64,000 nucleotides of DNA from assembly GCA_943787795.1 (NCBI GenBank), contig CALSNU010000007.1, positions 1,238 through 65,237 on the forward strand, given 5' to 3'. This DNA is from an uncultured bacterium. Its GTDB lineage: Bacteria; Planctomycetota; UBA1135; GCA-002686595. The notes under the pieces are model-generated. The model searched no databases. It worked only from the letters and a program-made list of their open reading frames with translations, and was not told where the DNA came from. The translations under genes and the position numbers were made by a program. Shown in pieces: positions 46,725-56,479 of the stretch. The stretch's first letter is position 1; the number at the start of each line of letters is the position of its first letter.

Positions 46725-47158
46725 TGTGATCTTCCTGACTGGCGTGCGATGTGTTCCTGGCGGTCGCGGTCTTCTCGGCGGCGCCGGCGCTTACGGCGGC
46801 TCGCCGTCCAGCGCTCTTCGAGCCGCCGGAGCGCCTCGGCTTCGCGCCGGCGCTGGTCATAGGGGGCGCGCGCTTCGTCAGCGCGGAGGCCCGCCTCGGT
46901 GACGGCCTGCTCCTGGCGGAGCTTGCGGTCGCTGAGGTGGTCGAGGGTGGTCTCGGCCGCTACCCGGCGGCCGGGGTTGACGGACGTGCGGCTGGCGAGG
47001 GCCAGATCCCGGTGGGCCTGCTCGAGGTCCGTGCGGCCCGCGTCGCGCTCTGCGCGAGCGTCGAAGACCGCCTTCAAGGTGGCGGCCCAGCGGAGCTTCT
47101 CCTCCTTCTCCTGACGCTCCCGAAGGCGCATCAGCCGTCCAAGTCGGAAGCCACTCAT
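46721..47158 (-). CDS. fliJ: Flagellar export protein FliJ
   Basis: FRLGRLMRLRERQE start, coiled coil, directly after fliI. Confidence 0.82.
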   Translation of the reverse strand: MSGFRLGRLMRLRERQEKEEKLRWAATLKAVFDARAERDAGRTDLEQAHRDLALASRTSVNPGRRVAAETTLDHLSDRKLRQEQAVTEAGLRADEARAPYDQRRREAEALRRLEERWTASRRKRRRRREDRDRQEHIARQSGRSQ

Positions 47159-48483
47159 GCGGCGCCGGCCTCGTCGTCCTCGACGATCAGGGAGAGCACG
47201 GCGACGGTCTCCTCAAGGGCGGTCGGGTCGTCGACGTCCTGCCTCAAGAAGGCCTCGATCATCGGCATGCGCTCGAGCGCGGCGTCGAGCAGACGATTGG
47301 TTCCAGGTTGATAGGCGCCAACGTCGACCAGGTCGCGGCCGTCGCGGAACGCGGCCAGCAGCTCACGAATAGCTCGTGCGCGCGCCTGGTGCGGTCTGTC
47401 CGCGAGCTTGGGCATGAGCCTCGAGAGGCTGTCGAGCACGTCGATGGCCGGATAGTGTCCCGAGCGAGCCAGCTCGGGTGAGAGGCTGATGTGTCCGTCC
47501 AGCAGCCCGCGCAGGGCGTCGGCGACGGGATCGTCCTCCTCGTCTCCATCCACGAGCACGGTCAGGAGCCCGGTGATGCTCCCGGACTGGAGCCGGCCCA
47601 TGCGCTCGAGGAGCTGGGGGACCGTGGCGAAGAAGCTCGGCGGATAGCCGCGCACGGTCGGCGGCTCCCCCGCCGCGAGGCCGACCTCGCGTGAGGCGTG
47701 GGCGAAGCGGGTGATGGAGTCGACGACCAGCAGGACGTTCTTGCCTTGCGCCTGGAAGTGCTCGGCGATCGTGATCGCGACCCAGGGGGCAGTGAGACGC
47801 TCCAGCGGCGACCGGTCCGACGTGGCGGCGACGAGCACGGTCCGAGACATGGCGTCTCCAACGGTGTCCTCGACAAAGTCGCGGACCTCTCGGCCCCGCT
47901 CGCCAACCAGGCAGGCCACGACGACGTCGGCCTCGGTGCCGCGCGTGATCTGGCCCAGGAGCGTCGACTTGCCGACACCTGCCCGCGCGAAGATCCCGAC
48001 TCGCTGGCCGCAGCCGAGGGTCATGAGCCCGTCAATGGCGCGGACGCCCGTGGCGATGGGTTGGTTGACGCTGGCGCGGTCGAGGGGCATGGGCGCGTCC
48101 TTGCGGATGGGCCGGCGCTGCCCGTTCTCGGGCGCAGGCTTGCCATCAAGCGGGCGCCCAAAGCCGTCGACCACGCGGCCGAGGAAGTCGTCAGAGACGT
48201 TGAGTCCGAACGAGCGACCGAGCCCCTGGACGGGCTGGCCCGGCGCGAGGCCGATCAGGTCCCCGTGGGGCATGAGGAGCGTCCGGTCGCCCTTGAAGCC
48301 GATGACCTCGGCCTGGATTGGTCCCATGAGGCCGCGGTTGATCTCGCACAGGTCACCGATGGCCGCGGGGATGCCCGTGGCCTCGACGAGCACGCCGGCG
48401 ACCACGTCCACCTCGCCACGGTAGAGCGGGCGCTCGGCCGCTCGGATCGTCTGCATGCAGCGGTCCAGGTTGAGCAAGCTCAT
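47155..48483 (-). CDS. fliI: Flagellar export ATPase FliI
   Basis: GIFARAGVGKST, GERGREV, DSITRFA, GEPPTVRGYPPS, DGHISL, GHYPAID. Confidence 0.95.
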   Translation of the reverse strand: MSLLNLDRCMQTIRAAERPLYRGEVDVVAGVLVEATGIPAAIGDLCEINRGLMGPIQAEVIGFKGDRTLLMPHGDLIGLAPGQPVQGLGRSFGLNVSDDFLGRVVDGFGRPLDGKPAPENGQRRPIRKDAPMPLDRASVNQPIATGVRAIDGLMTLGCGQRVGIFARAGVGKSTLLGQITRGTEADVVVACLVGERGREVRDFVEDTVGDAMSRTVLVAATSDRSPLERLTAPWVAITIAEHFQAQGKNVLLVVDSITRFAHASREVGLAAGEPPTVRGYPPSFFATVPQLLERMGRLQSGSITGLLTVLVDGDEEDDPVADALRGLLDGHISLSPELARSGHYPAIDVLDSLSRLMPKLADRPHQARARAIRELLAAFRDGRDLVDVGAYQPGTNRLLDAALERMPMIEAFLRQDVDDPTALEETVAVLSLIVEDDEAGAA

Positions 48484-49067
48484 CGGGCAATGTCCTGCAG
48501 CAGCTGCTCACGGATGTCCTCTAGCACGACCTCAGGCTCCCTGACGAGCAGCCCCTTGGGGGTCTCGAGGACCACCGTGCCGGGCGCGATCTCGGGGTCT
48601 GCTGTGATCTCGGTCTCGTCCCGGAACGTCACGCCTTCGAGGGCGGCCACGTCATCGGGGTTCAGGTGGACGACGCAGCGTCCGCGCTTGATGTCCGACG
48701 CGGCGAGGGTCGAACGAACGATCTCCTCGAGGCCGTAGTTCTGCTCCGAGATCTCGATCCTGAGCAGCTGACGGGCGATCTCGACCGCCAGGTTCACCGC
48801 GTCGGATGCGAGGGCGCTCTCGGCGACCTCTCGGGCGGCGACGAGCTCCTCGCCCGCCTTCTCGAGTGCGCCACAGGCGCGCCGGACGGCATCGGAGTGA
48901 GCGCGGTCGCGGGCGGAGACCCGGAGCTCCTCATGGAGGGCCTCGCCGGTTTGCCTCACGAGGCCGTCGAATGCCAGGGGGCTCGGCGCGGCCGCGACCG
49001 GGAGGGCCGCGGTCTGGACCTTCACACGGTGTGAGGCCGGGATGGGGATGGAGTGGAGTCTAAGCAT
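48480..49067 (-). CDS. fliH: Flagellar assembly protein FliH
   Basis: LAVEIARQLL..VHLNPDD..ADPEIAPGTVVLETPKG; between fliG and fliI. Confidence 0.85.
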   Translation of the reverse strand: MLRLHSIPIPASHRVKVQTAALPVAAAPSPLAFDGLVRQTGEALHEELRVSARDRAHSDAVRRACGALEKAGEELVAAREVAESALASDAVNLAVEIARQLLRIEISEQNYGLEEIVRSTLAASDIKRGRCVVHLNPDDVAALEGVTFRDETEITADPEIAPGTVVLETPKGLLVREPEVVLEDIREQLLQDIAR

Positions 49068-49070
49068 GCC

Positions 49071-50108
49071 TCAGTCCACCAGTTCCTCGCCGGCGCGAGC
49101 CGGGCTGAATTCGCCGCTGTCCATGAGGGCTCGCACCGCGGTCATGATCTCCGAGCGCGCCATCAGGACGTCACTCATGGGCATGGACCCGAGGAGCTCC
49201 TTCTCGTCGATGACCATCTCACGGACCCGCGATGAGAGGTTGTTCATCACGTTGTCCGCCACCTCGCTCGAGCACGCCTTGAGGGCGATGGAGAGCGTCT
49301 TGGTGTCGACGGAAGCGAGGATCTTCTGCATCGCTCGCTTCTCGATGGAGGACAGGTCTTCCCAGGTGAACATGAACTCTCGCACCTGACTTGCGACGAG
49401 GTCATCCTCGGCCTCAAGCCCTGTGAGGACGTTGTGCTCGACCTCGGTGTCGGCGAAGGTGAGCATGTCGGCGACGGTGCGCAGGCTATCTTCCTGGGCC
49501 CGCGGCGCGGGCACGAGGCTGGCCTCTCGGATTCGCTCCTGGAGGTCGTCGGCGATGGTGAGCATCGTCTCGATTCCAGGAGGCGTGACCGTGGTCATGC
49601 GGCGCACGATCTCGAGGGTCGTGTCGTCGTCGAAGGTGGCGAGGACCTCTGCGGACGTGGAGGGCGCGACATGGCTCAGGATCAGCCCGACGACGCCGGG
49701 GGACTCCTCCTTGAGCACTCGTGCGGCGAGGTTTGAGGGCGCCGCCTCCAGGAATGCGAACGGCTGCTCTCGGCGTCGCCGGTCGTGGATCTCGGTGAGC
49801 ACCCGCTCCGCCTCGGAGTCGCCGTAGGACGACTCCAGCAGCGCGTAGAGCTCGAAGTCGTCCTGGGGCCGGACGCCGGTTCGTTGGTGGAACGTCCGGG
49901 CGAGGTCGCGGTAGAGGCCGTCCACCGCGTTGACCGAGCAGAGGTCCGGATCAAGGTCCGTCATCGCCTCGGCGATCTTGGAGACGACCTTGGGGTCAAG
50001 ATTGCGCATGACCTCGGCGCTCACCGTCTTCTCCAGCGAGAGGAGGAAGGCGGCGGCGCGCTGGGCACCGCTGGTGCCCTCGGGGGTGGGTTCGTTCTGG
50101 TTAGACAA
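49071..50108 (-). CDS. fliG: Flagellar motor switch protein FliG
   Basis: GAQRAAAFLLSL, PFAFL, ESPGVVGLILS, MFTWEDL, NLSSR. Confidence 0.94.
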   Translation of the reverse strand: MSNQNEPTPEGTSGAQRAAAFLLSLEKTVSAEVMRNLDPKVVSKIAEAMTDLDPDLCSVNAVDGLYRDLARTFHQRTGVRPQDDFELYALLESSYGDSEAERVLTEIHDRRRREQPFAFLEAAPSNLAARVLKEESPGVVGLILSHVAPSTSAEVLATFDDDTTLEIVRRMTTVTPPGIETMLTIADDLQERIREASLVPAPRAQEDSLRTVADMLTFADTEVEHNVLTGLEAEDDLVASQVREFMFTWEDLSSIEKRAMQKILASVDTKTLSIALKACSSEVADNVMNNLSSRVREMVIDEKELLGSMPMSDVLMARSEIMTAVRALMDSGEFSPARAGEELVD

Positions 50109-50120
50109 GGCAGATCCTGA

Positions 50121-51713
50121 TCAGTTGGAGCTCGTCTCGGCGAAGCGTTCTTCCGACAGCGCCCAGCGGGAGAGCAGGGCGCTGACGCGCTCGGGCTCGC
50201 TCTGGAGTAGTTCCTCGATATGGGCTCGCGCCAGCGCGTCAAGGTCGACCTCTTCCTCGGAGCTGTCCCCGTTGCCGAGGCCCCGTCCGAGCGGGTTGTC
50301 GCCGCCCGTGGCGGCGGCGAGGTCGCCGGCCGCACCTTCACCCGGAGTCCGGGCGCTCTTGAGGCTCTTGCCGAGCATGAAGAGGAAGGCGAGGCCCACG
50401 ATGATCTCGAGGCCGTGCTCCAGGGCCTTGAACACCAGCGGGCTGGTCGGCTCAGGCGCGGGCGCCTCGACGGGCATGGTCACCACGCCGTCGTCGGCCC
50501 GGTCGAGGTGGGGGAAGCGGACCACCGACTCCGCCATGGAGTCGCCGCGGCTCTCGTCGAAGCCGACGATGTTCTTGACCTGGGCGACCGCGACCGCGAG
50601 CTGGTCCTCGATCGACTCGTCCACGGCCACGTTGACGGTCAGCCTCGCGAGCTGAAACTGCTGGGCCACCCGGCGGGTCAGCTTGCTCCCGAACGCGTAG
50701 GCGGCCTCCTCTTCGCTGACGCTGGAGGTGGAGGGCAGCGCCTCGGCCCCCAAGGCCTGGTTATTCGTGGAGCCCTGGATGTTCCGGGAGACGCCGAGGG
50801 GCCCCCCGACGTTCCGACGGAACTCGCTGGTCTCGGTGGTCCGCGAACGCTCGGAGCGGGGCTTCTTGGCCGGCTCGAGCTGCTCGGAGATCGACTCCTC
50901 CTGGACGTGCTCGAAGGCGGCGGTGACCGTGGCCGTGGCGAGGCCTGGACCGAAGAGCTGGTCGAGGTGTGCCTGGGCCCGCCGCGTCCCGATGCTCCCT
51001 TCCTTGTCCGCGAGGCCGCGGAGGGTGTCACGACCATCGCTGGTCGAGCCGTCATAGATGGAGTTGGAGTGCTGATCGACGATCGTGATCCGGCTCGGAT
51101 CCGCGTTCGTGCCGTTCCTGATCAACCCCACCATCGACTGCGTCTGAGAGGCGCTGGGGGAGTAGAGGCCCCGGAGCGTCAACACGACGCTGACGCCGCG
51201 GTCGGAGGTCTTGCGCGGGACGAGCGGCGACGCCGTCGTGCCGGACGCGAGGACCGTGGCCTTGGAGACAAAGTCCATGCCCTCCAGCTGCAGCTCGAGC
51301 TCTTCCCAGCGGCGCTTGTCGGTCCGCTGTTGACGCTCCTGGCTGCCGAGGAAGACGGTGCTCGTCCCGTCAAGGGAGCCGTTGATCCCACGCTCGCTGT
51401 TGAGGTATCCGCCCTTGTTGTGGACCGCTTGCCTGGCGGCGAACTGCTCCGACTCCTCCACGCGGATCAGGTAGGGCGGCGAGCCGAGGGTGGTCTCGTA
51501 CCGGATCCCGGCCTGCGAGAGCGCCGAGACCGCCTTGTTGAACTGCTGGGTGTCGAGGTCGGCAGCGAGGACCACGAAGTGGGGATTGCGGGCTTGCCAC
51601 GTCAGGAAGACGCTGGCGACCACCGCGAGTCCGAGGCACGCGCCGAGCGCCCAACGCACGGATGCGCTGGAGTCTCGGAGTTGGCCCAGTAGGTTTTTGA
51701 TCAGGTCGTTCAT
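50121..51713 (-). CDS. fliF: Flagellar M-ring protein FliF
   Basis: Two TMs, ring motifs, ITIVDQ, VGFDESRGD, C-terminal ALLSRW; between fliE and fliG. Confidence 0.9.
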   Translation of the reverse strand: MNDLIKNLLGQLRDSSASVRWALGACLGLAVVASVFLTWQARNPHFVVLAADLDTQQFNKAVSALSQAGIRYETTLGSPPYLIRVEESEQFAARQAVHNKGGYLNSERGINGSLDGTSTVFLGSQERQQRTDKRRWEELELQLEGMDFVSKATVLASGTTASPLVPRKTSDRGVSVVLTLRGLYSPSASQTQSMVGLIRNGTNADPSRITIVDQHSNSIYDGSTSDGRDTLRGLADKEGSIGTRRAQAHLDQLFGPGLATATVTAAFEHVQEESISEQLEPAKKPRSERSRTTETSEFRRNVGGPLGVSRNIQGSTNNQALGAEALPSTSSVSEEEAAYAFGSKLTRRVAQQFQLARLTVNVAVDESIEDQLAVAVAQVKNIVGFDESRGDSMAESVVRFPHLDRADDGVVTMPVEAPAPEPTSPLVFKALEHGLEIIVGLAFLFMLGKSLKSARTPGEGAAGDLAAATGGDNPLGRGLGNGDSSEEEVDLDALARAHIEELLQSEPERVSALLSRWALSEERFAETSSN

Positions 51714-51716
51714 GGT

Positions 51717-52076
51717 TCAGACCGACATCCGCATGACTTCGCGGTAGGCGTCGAGGAGCTTGTTGCGGACGGTCAAGGCGAACTGGAAGGTGATCTCGGA
51801 CTCCTTCAGTTGTGCCGCGACTTCGTGCAGGTCGACGTCACCTTTGATGACGTCGAGGTGAATGTTGTTGGTGCGCTGGACGGACGATTCGACGGCGCCA
51901 AGGCCTTCCTTGGCGACGCTCTCGACGCTCGTGGAGCTCGCCGCTTCCGGCGAGATGGCGGGGAATGAAGCCCCGTTGGGAGTCGAGCCTTCCGGCTTGG
52001 AGGCCTGGCTCATCTGGCGCTTCAGCTGCGCCATACGCTCGTAAGCGTTGCCTCCTCCGATCTGCAGGTTGGTCAT
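51717..52076 (-). CDS. fliE: Flagellar hook-basal body protein FliE
   Basis: VRNKLLDAYREVMRMSV. Confidence 0.94.
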   Translation of the reverse strand: MTNLQIGGGNAYERMAQLKRQMSQASKPEGSTPNGASFPAISPEAASSTSVESVAKEGLGAVESSVQRTNNIHLDVIKGDVDLHEVAAQLKESEITFQFALTVRNKLLDAYREVMRMSV

Positions 52077-52100
52077 GATTCAGCCGCCGTGTACTTTGGA

Positions 52101-52556
52101 TCAGTCGGCGAGGCGAAGAGCCCGATCGGCCATCCGCTCGAAGTTCTCTTGCACCGAGAGATTCGCCTCGTAGGAGCGGACCGCCGTCACCAGGTCGGCC
52201 ATCTCCTTCATCGTGTTGACGTTCGGATAGAGCACGACGCCGCGCTCATCGGCGTCGGGGTGTCCGGGGTCGAAGACCTCTTCGAAGGGCGACTGGTCCT
52301 TGATGATCTCGTCGACGCGGATGCCGACGAAGCGGTCCGGCGCGCCGGCAACGCGCTCCATGATCGGAGCGAAGGAGACCTCCTCCCGCCGGTAGGGGAG
52401 CCCGGTCTCGGGGTCCAAGGTTGTCCGGGCGTTGGCGATGTTCTTCGCGATCGTGTCGACGCGCTCGCGCTCTGCGGTGAGCGAGGAGGTCGCAATGCGC
52501 ATCCCGCGGAAGACCGCGTTGAGGGGGCGCCCCTGGCTTGTGTCGTTGACGTTCAT
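52101..52556 (-). CDS. flgC: Flagellar basal-body rod protein FlgC
   Basis: IAKNIANART, PYRR, DPGHPDAD, PNVN..EMADL..RSYEAN. Confidence 0.95.
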   Translation of the reverse strand: MNVNDTSQGRPLNAVFRGMRIATSSLTAERERVDTIAKNIANARTTLDPETGLPYRREEVSFAPIMERVAGAPDRFVGIRVDEIIKDQSPFEEVFDPGHPDADERGVVLYPNVNTMKEMADLVTAVRSYEANLSVQENFERMADRALRLAD

Positions 52557-52558
52557 GA

Positions 52559-52924
52559 TCAGCGGTCGTGGATGATGGCCTGGCTCACGAGTGACTGTTG
52601 GCTGCGAAGAATGGTGGCGTAGAGCTCGTAGCGGATGCGGTTCTCGGTGACGAGGCTCGCCTCTTGTTCGGCCGAGACGTTGTTGCCGTCGGCGCGTCCG
52701 GGTGTGTCCGTGTCGGTGACGATCTTTGGCTTCAGGTCCTTGAGGTGATTGACGTCTCCACCCTTCTGCATCTCCTCGAAGAGGAGCTTCTCGAACTGAA
52801 CGTCCTGGCGTTGGTAGCCGGGGAGGTTCTGGCTCGCGATGTTGTTGGCCAAGACGTCACGCCGCGTCGTCGCGGCAGACATCAGCCGAACGAGCATGTC
52901 GGCGCCTTTGGGTCGGATCGTCAT
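52559..52924 (-). CDS. flgB: Flagellar basal-body rod protein FlgB
   Basis: LANNIASQNLPGYQRQDV, RADGNNV. Confidence 0.93.
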   Translation of the reverse strand: MTIRPKGADMLVRLMSAATTRRDVLANNIASQNLPGYQRQDVQFEKLLFEEMQKGGDVNHLKDLKPKIVTDTDTPGRADGNNVSAEQEASLVTENRIRYELYATILRSQQSLVSQAIIHDR

Positions 52925-52934
52925 GCCTTGAACC

Positions 52935-54341
52935 TCAGCCAAGCAGGCCGGCGTGACGCCAGATCTTCATCTTGTTGGAGAGCGTGCGGGCGGTGACGCC
53001 CAGCCGGCGCGCGGCCTCGGTCTTGTTGCCGCCGGTGCGCTCGAGGGTCGAGAGGATTGCGATCCGCTCGACGTCGGCCATGGACTCGTTGGCGATGGCC
53101 TCCTGGAAGGCGGGGTGCTCAAGGTCGAGGTCAATCTCGCCGCCTCTCGCGCTGGTCGAGTTGTGGGGGCCGAATACGAGGTCCTCTGCCCCGATGGAGG
53201 CTGCACCCTCGTCGCAGGCGCCGAGGATGACGGCCCGTTGGATGACGTTCTCGAGCTCGCGGACGTTGCCGGGCCAGCCCCAGCTGCTGAGCCGCTCGGC
53301 GGCCTCAGCGGTGACCTCGGGGGTGGGGAGGCCGTTCTGCTTGGCGTAGACCTCCGCGAAGCGCTCGGCCAGGGGCATGATGTCCTCCGGGCGCTCGTTG
53401 AGCGGGGCGATGTGGAGGGGGAGGACGTGCAGCCTGTAGTAGAGGTCCTCGCGGAACCGCCCCTCAGCGACCTCGAGGGCGAGGTCTCGGTTGGTCGAGG
53501 CGACCACGCGCACGTTGACCTTGAGGGTCTTCTGACCGCCAACCCGCTCGAACTCGTCTTCCTGGAGCACGCGGAGGAGCTTGGCCTGCATTGCGGCGGA
53601 GATCTCCCCGACCTCGTCCAGGAGCAGCGTCCCGCCGTCGGCGAGCTCGAAGCGACCGAGGCGCTGCTTGTCGGCGCCGGTGAATGCGCCTCGCTCGTGA
53701 CCGAACAGCTCGGACTCGAGGAGCTGCTCGGAGAGAGCGGCGCAGTTCACCCGGATGAAGGGTTGCTCGGCCCGCTCCGAGGCGGCGTGGATGAAGCTCG
53801 CGACCCGTTCCTTCCCAGTGCCGCTGGCGCCGGTGATGAGCACGGTGCCCTTCGAGCGTGCGACGCGTGCGGCCGAGTGAAGGAGGTCTCCCATGGCCGG
53901 GCTGGCCGCCACCATCTGGTCAGGGGAGCCGCTCATGGCCTCCTCGCGGAGGTAACGGTTCTCCTCGACGAGCTTCTGCTCCCGTTGCAGCCGCTTCAGA
54001 GCGAAGTCGAGGCTGTCGATGGAGATGGGCTTGAGGAGGACGTCGCGCGCGCCGTACTTCATGGCCGCGACGGCTGACTCGACGGTAGCGTGCGCCGTGC
54101 AGAGCATCACCGGGAGGTCTGGCCAGCGCTCTTGAATCCGCTGGGTCAGTTCGACGCCGTCGATGCCCGGCATGCGGAGGTCGGTGAGGACGACGTCCGG
54201 CTGCTCTCGCTCGATCATGTTCAGCGCGGCCGCGGCCTCGTTGGCGCTGATGGCGCTGTATCCGAGACTTGTGACAGCCTCTCCCAGGTACTCGCGTGCC
54301 AGGGACTCGTCGTCGACGACCAGAATGCGTTGGAGGGTCAT
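52935..54341 (-). CDS. sigma54-dependent response regulator (FleR/FlgR/FlrC-like: REC-AAA-HTH)
   Basis: [44 protein letters not shown], Fis-type HTH. Confidence 0.93.
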   Translation of the reverse strand: MTLQRILVVDDESLAREYLGEAVTSLGYSAISANEAAAALNMIEREQPDVVLTDLRMPGIDGVELTQRIQERWPDLPVMLCTAHATVESAVAAMKYGARDVLLKPISIDSLDFALKRLQREQKLVEENRYLREEAMSGSPDQMVAASPAMGDLLHSAARVARSKGTVLITGASGTGKERVASFIHAASERAEQPFIRVNCAALSEQLLESELFGHERGAFTGADKQRLGRFELADGGTLLLDEVGEISAAMQAKLLRVLQEDEFERVGGQKTLKVNVRVVASTNRDLALEVAEGRFREDLYYRLHVLPLHIAPLNERPEDIMPLAERFAEVYAKQNGLPTPEVTAEAAERLSSWGWPGNVRELENVIQRAVILGACDEGAASIGAEDLVFGPHNSTSARGGEIDLDLEHPAFQEAIANESMADVERIAILSTLERTGGNKTEAARRLGVTARTLSNKMKIWRHAGLLG

Positions 54342-54354
54342 GTGGAGAAGGAGA

Positions 54355-55545
54355 TCAGGCTCGTTGGCTCGGGATCGTGAGGGCGAAGGAGGCTCCGCCC
54401 AGGGCAGCAGGGGTAGCGTCGGGTTCGAACGCACCGGCGTGGAGCTGGGCGACGCGCTGTACGAGCGCGAGGCCGAGCCCGGTGCCTTCGGCGCGGGTCG
54501 TGAAGAAGGGGTCGCAGAGGCGGTGGATGTCTTGTGGACGGAGGCCGGGCCCCGCGTCGCTCACCCGGAACTCAACGCCGGAGGTCGTGGGCGTGGCGGA
54601 GACGCTCACGGCGCCTCCTTCGGGCTGGACGTCGCAGGCGTTGGCGATCAGGTTGCGCAGGGCCTGGCGGACCTTGATGCGGTCCGCGATGAGGACGTCA
54701 GCCTCGACGCTGACCTCGATGCTCCAGCGATCCGCTTGGCTGCGCTGGCGCAACGCAGCGCCGCACGCCGCGTTGACGAGGTCCGCGATGTCACACTCCT
54801 CGAGGTGGAGGTCGCCGTCGCCGGTGATGCCGAGCATGCCGGAGACGATGGCCTCGATCTCGAACACGCCCTCCCGGACGCGCGTGGCGAGGTGAGTGGC
54901 GCGGGTCTCCCCAGCGGACTCGCGCACAAGGAGCTCAGCAAAGCCCTGGATCGCGTGCAGGGGGTTTCGGATCTCGTGGGCGATGCCGCCGGCCATCGTG
55001 CCGAGGGCGGCCGTCTTGTCGAGGCGGTGCATGCGCTCCTGGGTGCGGACGAGGACGCTCTGGTCCTCGATCACCTCGACGGCGCCGCTGACCTGTTGTC
55101 CCCGCGTGACCTCAGAGAAGCGGTGCGCCAGAACGCGGGTGACACCGTCCGAGCAGAGCACCTCGACGGGCTCTCCGTCGGCCTCGCGGCCAGCGAGGCC
55201 GCTCCACTGGGTGGCGCCGATGATCTCGTTCTCCTCGGTACCGAGGATCTCCAGGGCGGCGCGGTTGGCCGCCTGGACCTGACCCTCCGCGTCGTAGACG
55301 ACGACGCCCGCGGGGATCGACGTGAGCACGGACTCAAGGTGGCACTTGACCTCGTCGAGCTCCTCGACCTTGGCCGCAAGCTCCGTGTTGGCCGCGCAGA
55401 GTTCGGCTTCAACATGGGCCGCGCGCTCCTCGAGACGCGCGTGGCTCACCTGCAGGTCCTCGAGGACGGCAGAGAAGCTAGCGATCGCATCTTCGACGCT
55501 CATCTCGGGAGAGAGCGAGAGGGCGGGTCGGCTGGTGGAGGACAT
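54355..55545 (-). CDS. Cytoplasmic PAS sensor histidine kinase (FleS/FlgS/FlrB-like)
   Basis: Coiled coil, PAS, AHEIRNPL, NLIANA, DAGPG, PFFTT, GTGLGL; no TM. Confidence 0.92.
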   Translation of the reverse strand: MSSTSRPALSLSPEMSVEDAIASFSAVLEDLQVSHARLEERAAHVEAELCAANTELAAKVEELDEVKCHLESVLTSIPAGVVVYDAEGQVQAANRAALEILGTEENEIIGATQWSGLAGREADGEPVEVLCSDGVTRVLAHRFSEVTRGQQVSGAVEVIEDQSVLVRTQERMHRLDKTAALGTMAGGIAHEIRNPLHAIQGFAELLVRESAGETRATHLATRVREGVFEIEAIVSGMLGITGDGDLHLEECDIADLVNAACGAALRQRSQADRWSIEVSVEADVLIADRIKVRQALRNLIANACDVQPEGGAVSVSATPTTSGVEFRVSDAGPGLRPQDIHRLCDPFFTTRAEGTGLGLALVQRVAQLHAGAFEPDATPAALGGASFALTIPSQRA

Positions 55546-55583
55546 GACTTGGTGGCTGGCGTTGTTGAGGATCCGGCCGCGAC

Positions 55584-56465
55584 TCAGCGGGACGTTCCGC
55601 CGGAATTGCGGAGCTCGCGGCTGAAGTCGACGAACTTGAGGTCGCGTTCCGCCTGGCGCTGGAAGTCCGCGGCGTCGGGGTCGGCGATCAGTGAGCGGTA
55701 GAGGTCAGCGGCGTCTTCGTAGCGCTCGAGCGATTGGTAGGCGCGTGCGAGCCAGTACGTCCGGGCCGGCGACTTCGGCGCCGTCTCGAGGACCGTGACG
55801 GCCTCCGCTGCGCGGCCGCGGCGGACGTACAGGCGTCCGAGGCGGGTCGGAGCCGCGACGTAGTCCGCGCCCTCCAGGGCGACGGATTCGGCGCCGCGGC
55901 GCCGGGCCGAATCGGTGACCGAGTCCAGGGGAAGGAGCTCTGAGTTGATCTGCTGGAGCATGGCCGGGCTCATGCCCTCAGATCCGGCCAGCGCGAGGGG
56001 GCCGGCGCCCGGCGTGCGGGGGACCGTGGTGCCCCCGCTGGTGCCGTTCATAGGGGCCTTCGGGTCGGTCCTGGTGCTGCCCTGCTCTCCCGCCGCGCCA
56101 GCGAGGCCAAGGGATCGCACGACGCTGCCGGGGAGCTGCATGATGGCCTTGACCTCGGAGGGGGTCCCGAGGAGGCGATCCAGCTGGAAGCGCAGGCGAG
56201 CCAGGTCGGTTTGAAGGGACTCGAGATAAGACCCACCAGCGCGCTGCGGGTCACGGGGCGCTTCGGTCGTCGAGACGATCGCGCCGATGGCGGCCCGGTC
56301 GCCGGTCGCGGCGCGGTCCCGGAGTTCTGCGAGGTAGTCCAGGGAGTTCAGCGTGGCGCTGAGCTGGGACTGCAGCGAGTTGACGTTCTCGTCCTGGCCG
56401 GTGACGGCGGGGACCACGAAGACCGTGGCGAGGGCGAGTTGGACGGTTCCGATTGATTTCATCAT
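55584..56465 (-). CDS. Exported protein with N-terminal coiled coil and C-terminal TPR
   Basis: Signal peptide; RLGRLYVRRGRAAEAV..YWLARAYQSLERYEDAADLY. Confidence 0.7.
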   Translation of the reverse strand: MMKSIGTVQLALATVFVVPAVTGQDENVNSLQSQLSATLNSLDYLAELRDRAATGDRAAIGAIVSTTEAPRDPQRAGGSYLESLQTDLARLRFQLDRLLGTPSEVKAIMQLPGSVVRSLGLAGAAGEQGSTRTDPKAPMNGTSGGTTVPRTPGAGPLALAGSEGMSPAMLQQINSELLPLDSVTDSARRRGAESVALEGADYVAAPTRLGRLYVRRGRAAEAVTVLETAPKSPARTYWLARAYQSLERYEDAADLYRSLIADPDAADFQRQAERDLKFVDFSRELRNSGGTSR

Positions 56466-56479
56466 CTGGACTTCTCTCT

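Noticed and set aside
47155-51713. Non-flagellar type III secretion system or F1 ATPase
   Set aside because: Context of flgB, flgC, fliE, fliG, motAB and flagellin identifies a flagellum
52944-52964. Internal sigma54 promoter upstream of flgB
   Set aside because: Only GG-N10-GC spacing inside the coding end of the regulator; lacks TGGCAC and TTGC
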